Source of the DNA: Cyanophora paradoxa CCMP329
Taxonomy: Eukaryota; Plantae; Glaucophyta
DNA length: 64,000 nucleotides
Assembly (NCBI GenBank): GCA_004431415.1
Contig: QPMI01000290.1
Span: 1 to 64,000, forward strand
Reading direction: 5' to 3'
Shown here piece after piece: positions 63,794 to 64,000 of this stretch. The notes below the pieces were generated by a model, which was not told where the DNA came from, did not search any database, and saw only the letters and a list, made by a program, of their open reading frames with translations. Numbering within the stretch: position 1 is the stretch's first letter; each line of letters begins with the position of its first letter. The position numbers were made by a program, and so were the translations under genes.

Positions 63794-64000
63794 GCAGGCT
63801 CGAGCTTTAGACCTCGCGCTACGTATCGGGCCTTCGTGTTCTGGTTCTTCGGAAACAGATGCAGCTACGAGTCGCGAGTCTACGTGTCACCGAAGTCGAC
63901 GTTCACCTAGTCCTCAGGGCCTGCGCCTAAAGCAAGGCCTACTGCAGCTGCGACCCGAGATCCGGAGCTCGAGGCTAGGCATGTTCGGGCTGGGCGGGGG

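Overview
This is a GC-rich, intron-dense eukaryotic nuclear window, so the unspliced ORF track is mostly misleading. Introns are about 50-90 nt and many use GC donors. Phe-led plastid transit peptides (MAF..., MDTAF..., MLRIGF...), a nuclear PsbW, MAPK15 and PARG suggest a flagellated primary-plastid alga, probably a glaucophyte such as Cyanophora (inference). Genes in order: the 3' end of a tandem-BRCT protein; two giant, outward-facing, paralogous coiled-coil fibre genes flanking a secreted, probably GPI-anchored protein; UDP-glucose pyrophosphorylase; LipB; PsbW; a TIR-bounded non-autonomous element; a ULP2-like SUMO protease with its catalytic Asp replaced by Cys; a SOX/MATA-type HMG-box polyQ factor; MAPK15; a truncated DIRS-type retrotransposon that starts at the end of an 11-bp satellite array and is flanked by a 1.4-kb duplication of the MAPK15 3' end; RAD1; a repeat-rich block containing a cryptic small spliced ORF; a TPR protein; GSA aminomutase; PARG with an N-terminal PIP box; and NUBP1 with a Cys/Gly tail. 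The best candidates for an undescribed system are the fibre locus (3.7-23 kb) and the satellite-associated DIRS element. Exon boundaries were read by eye, and several 5' ends are uncertain.
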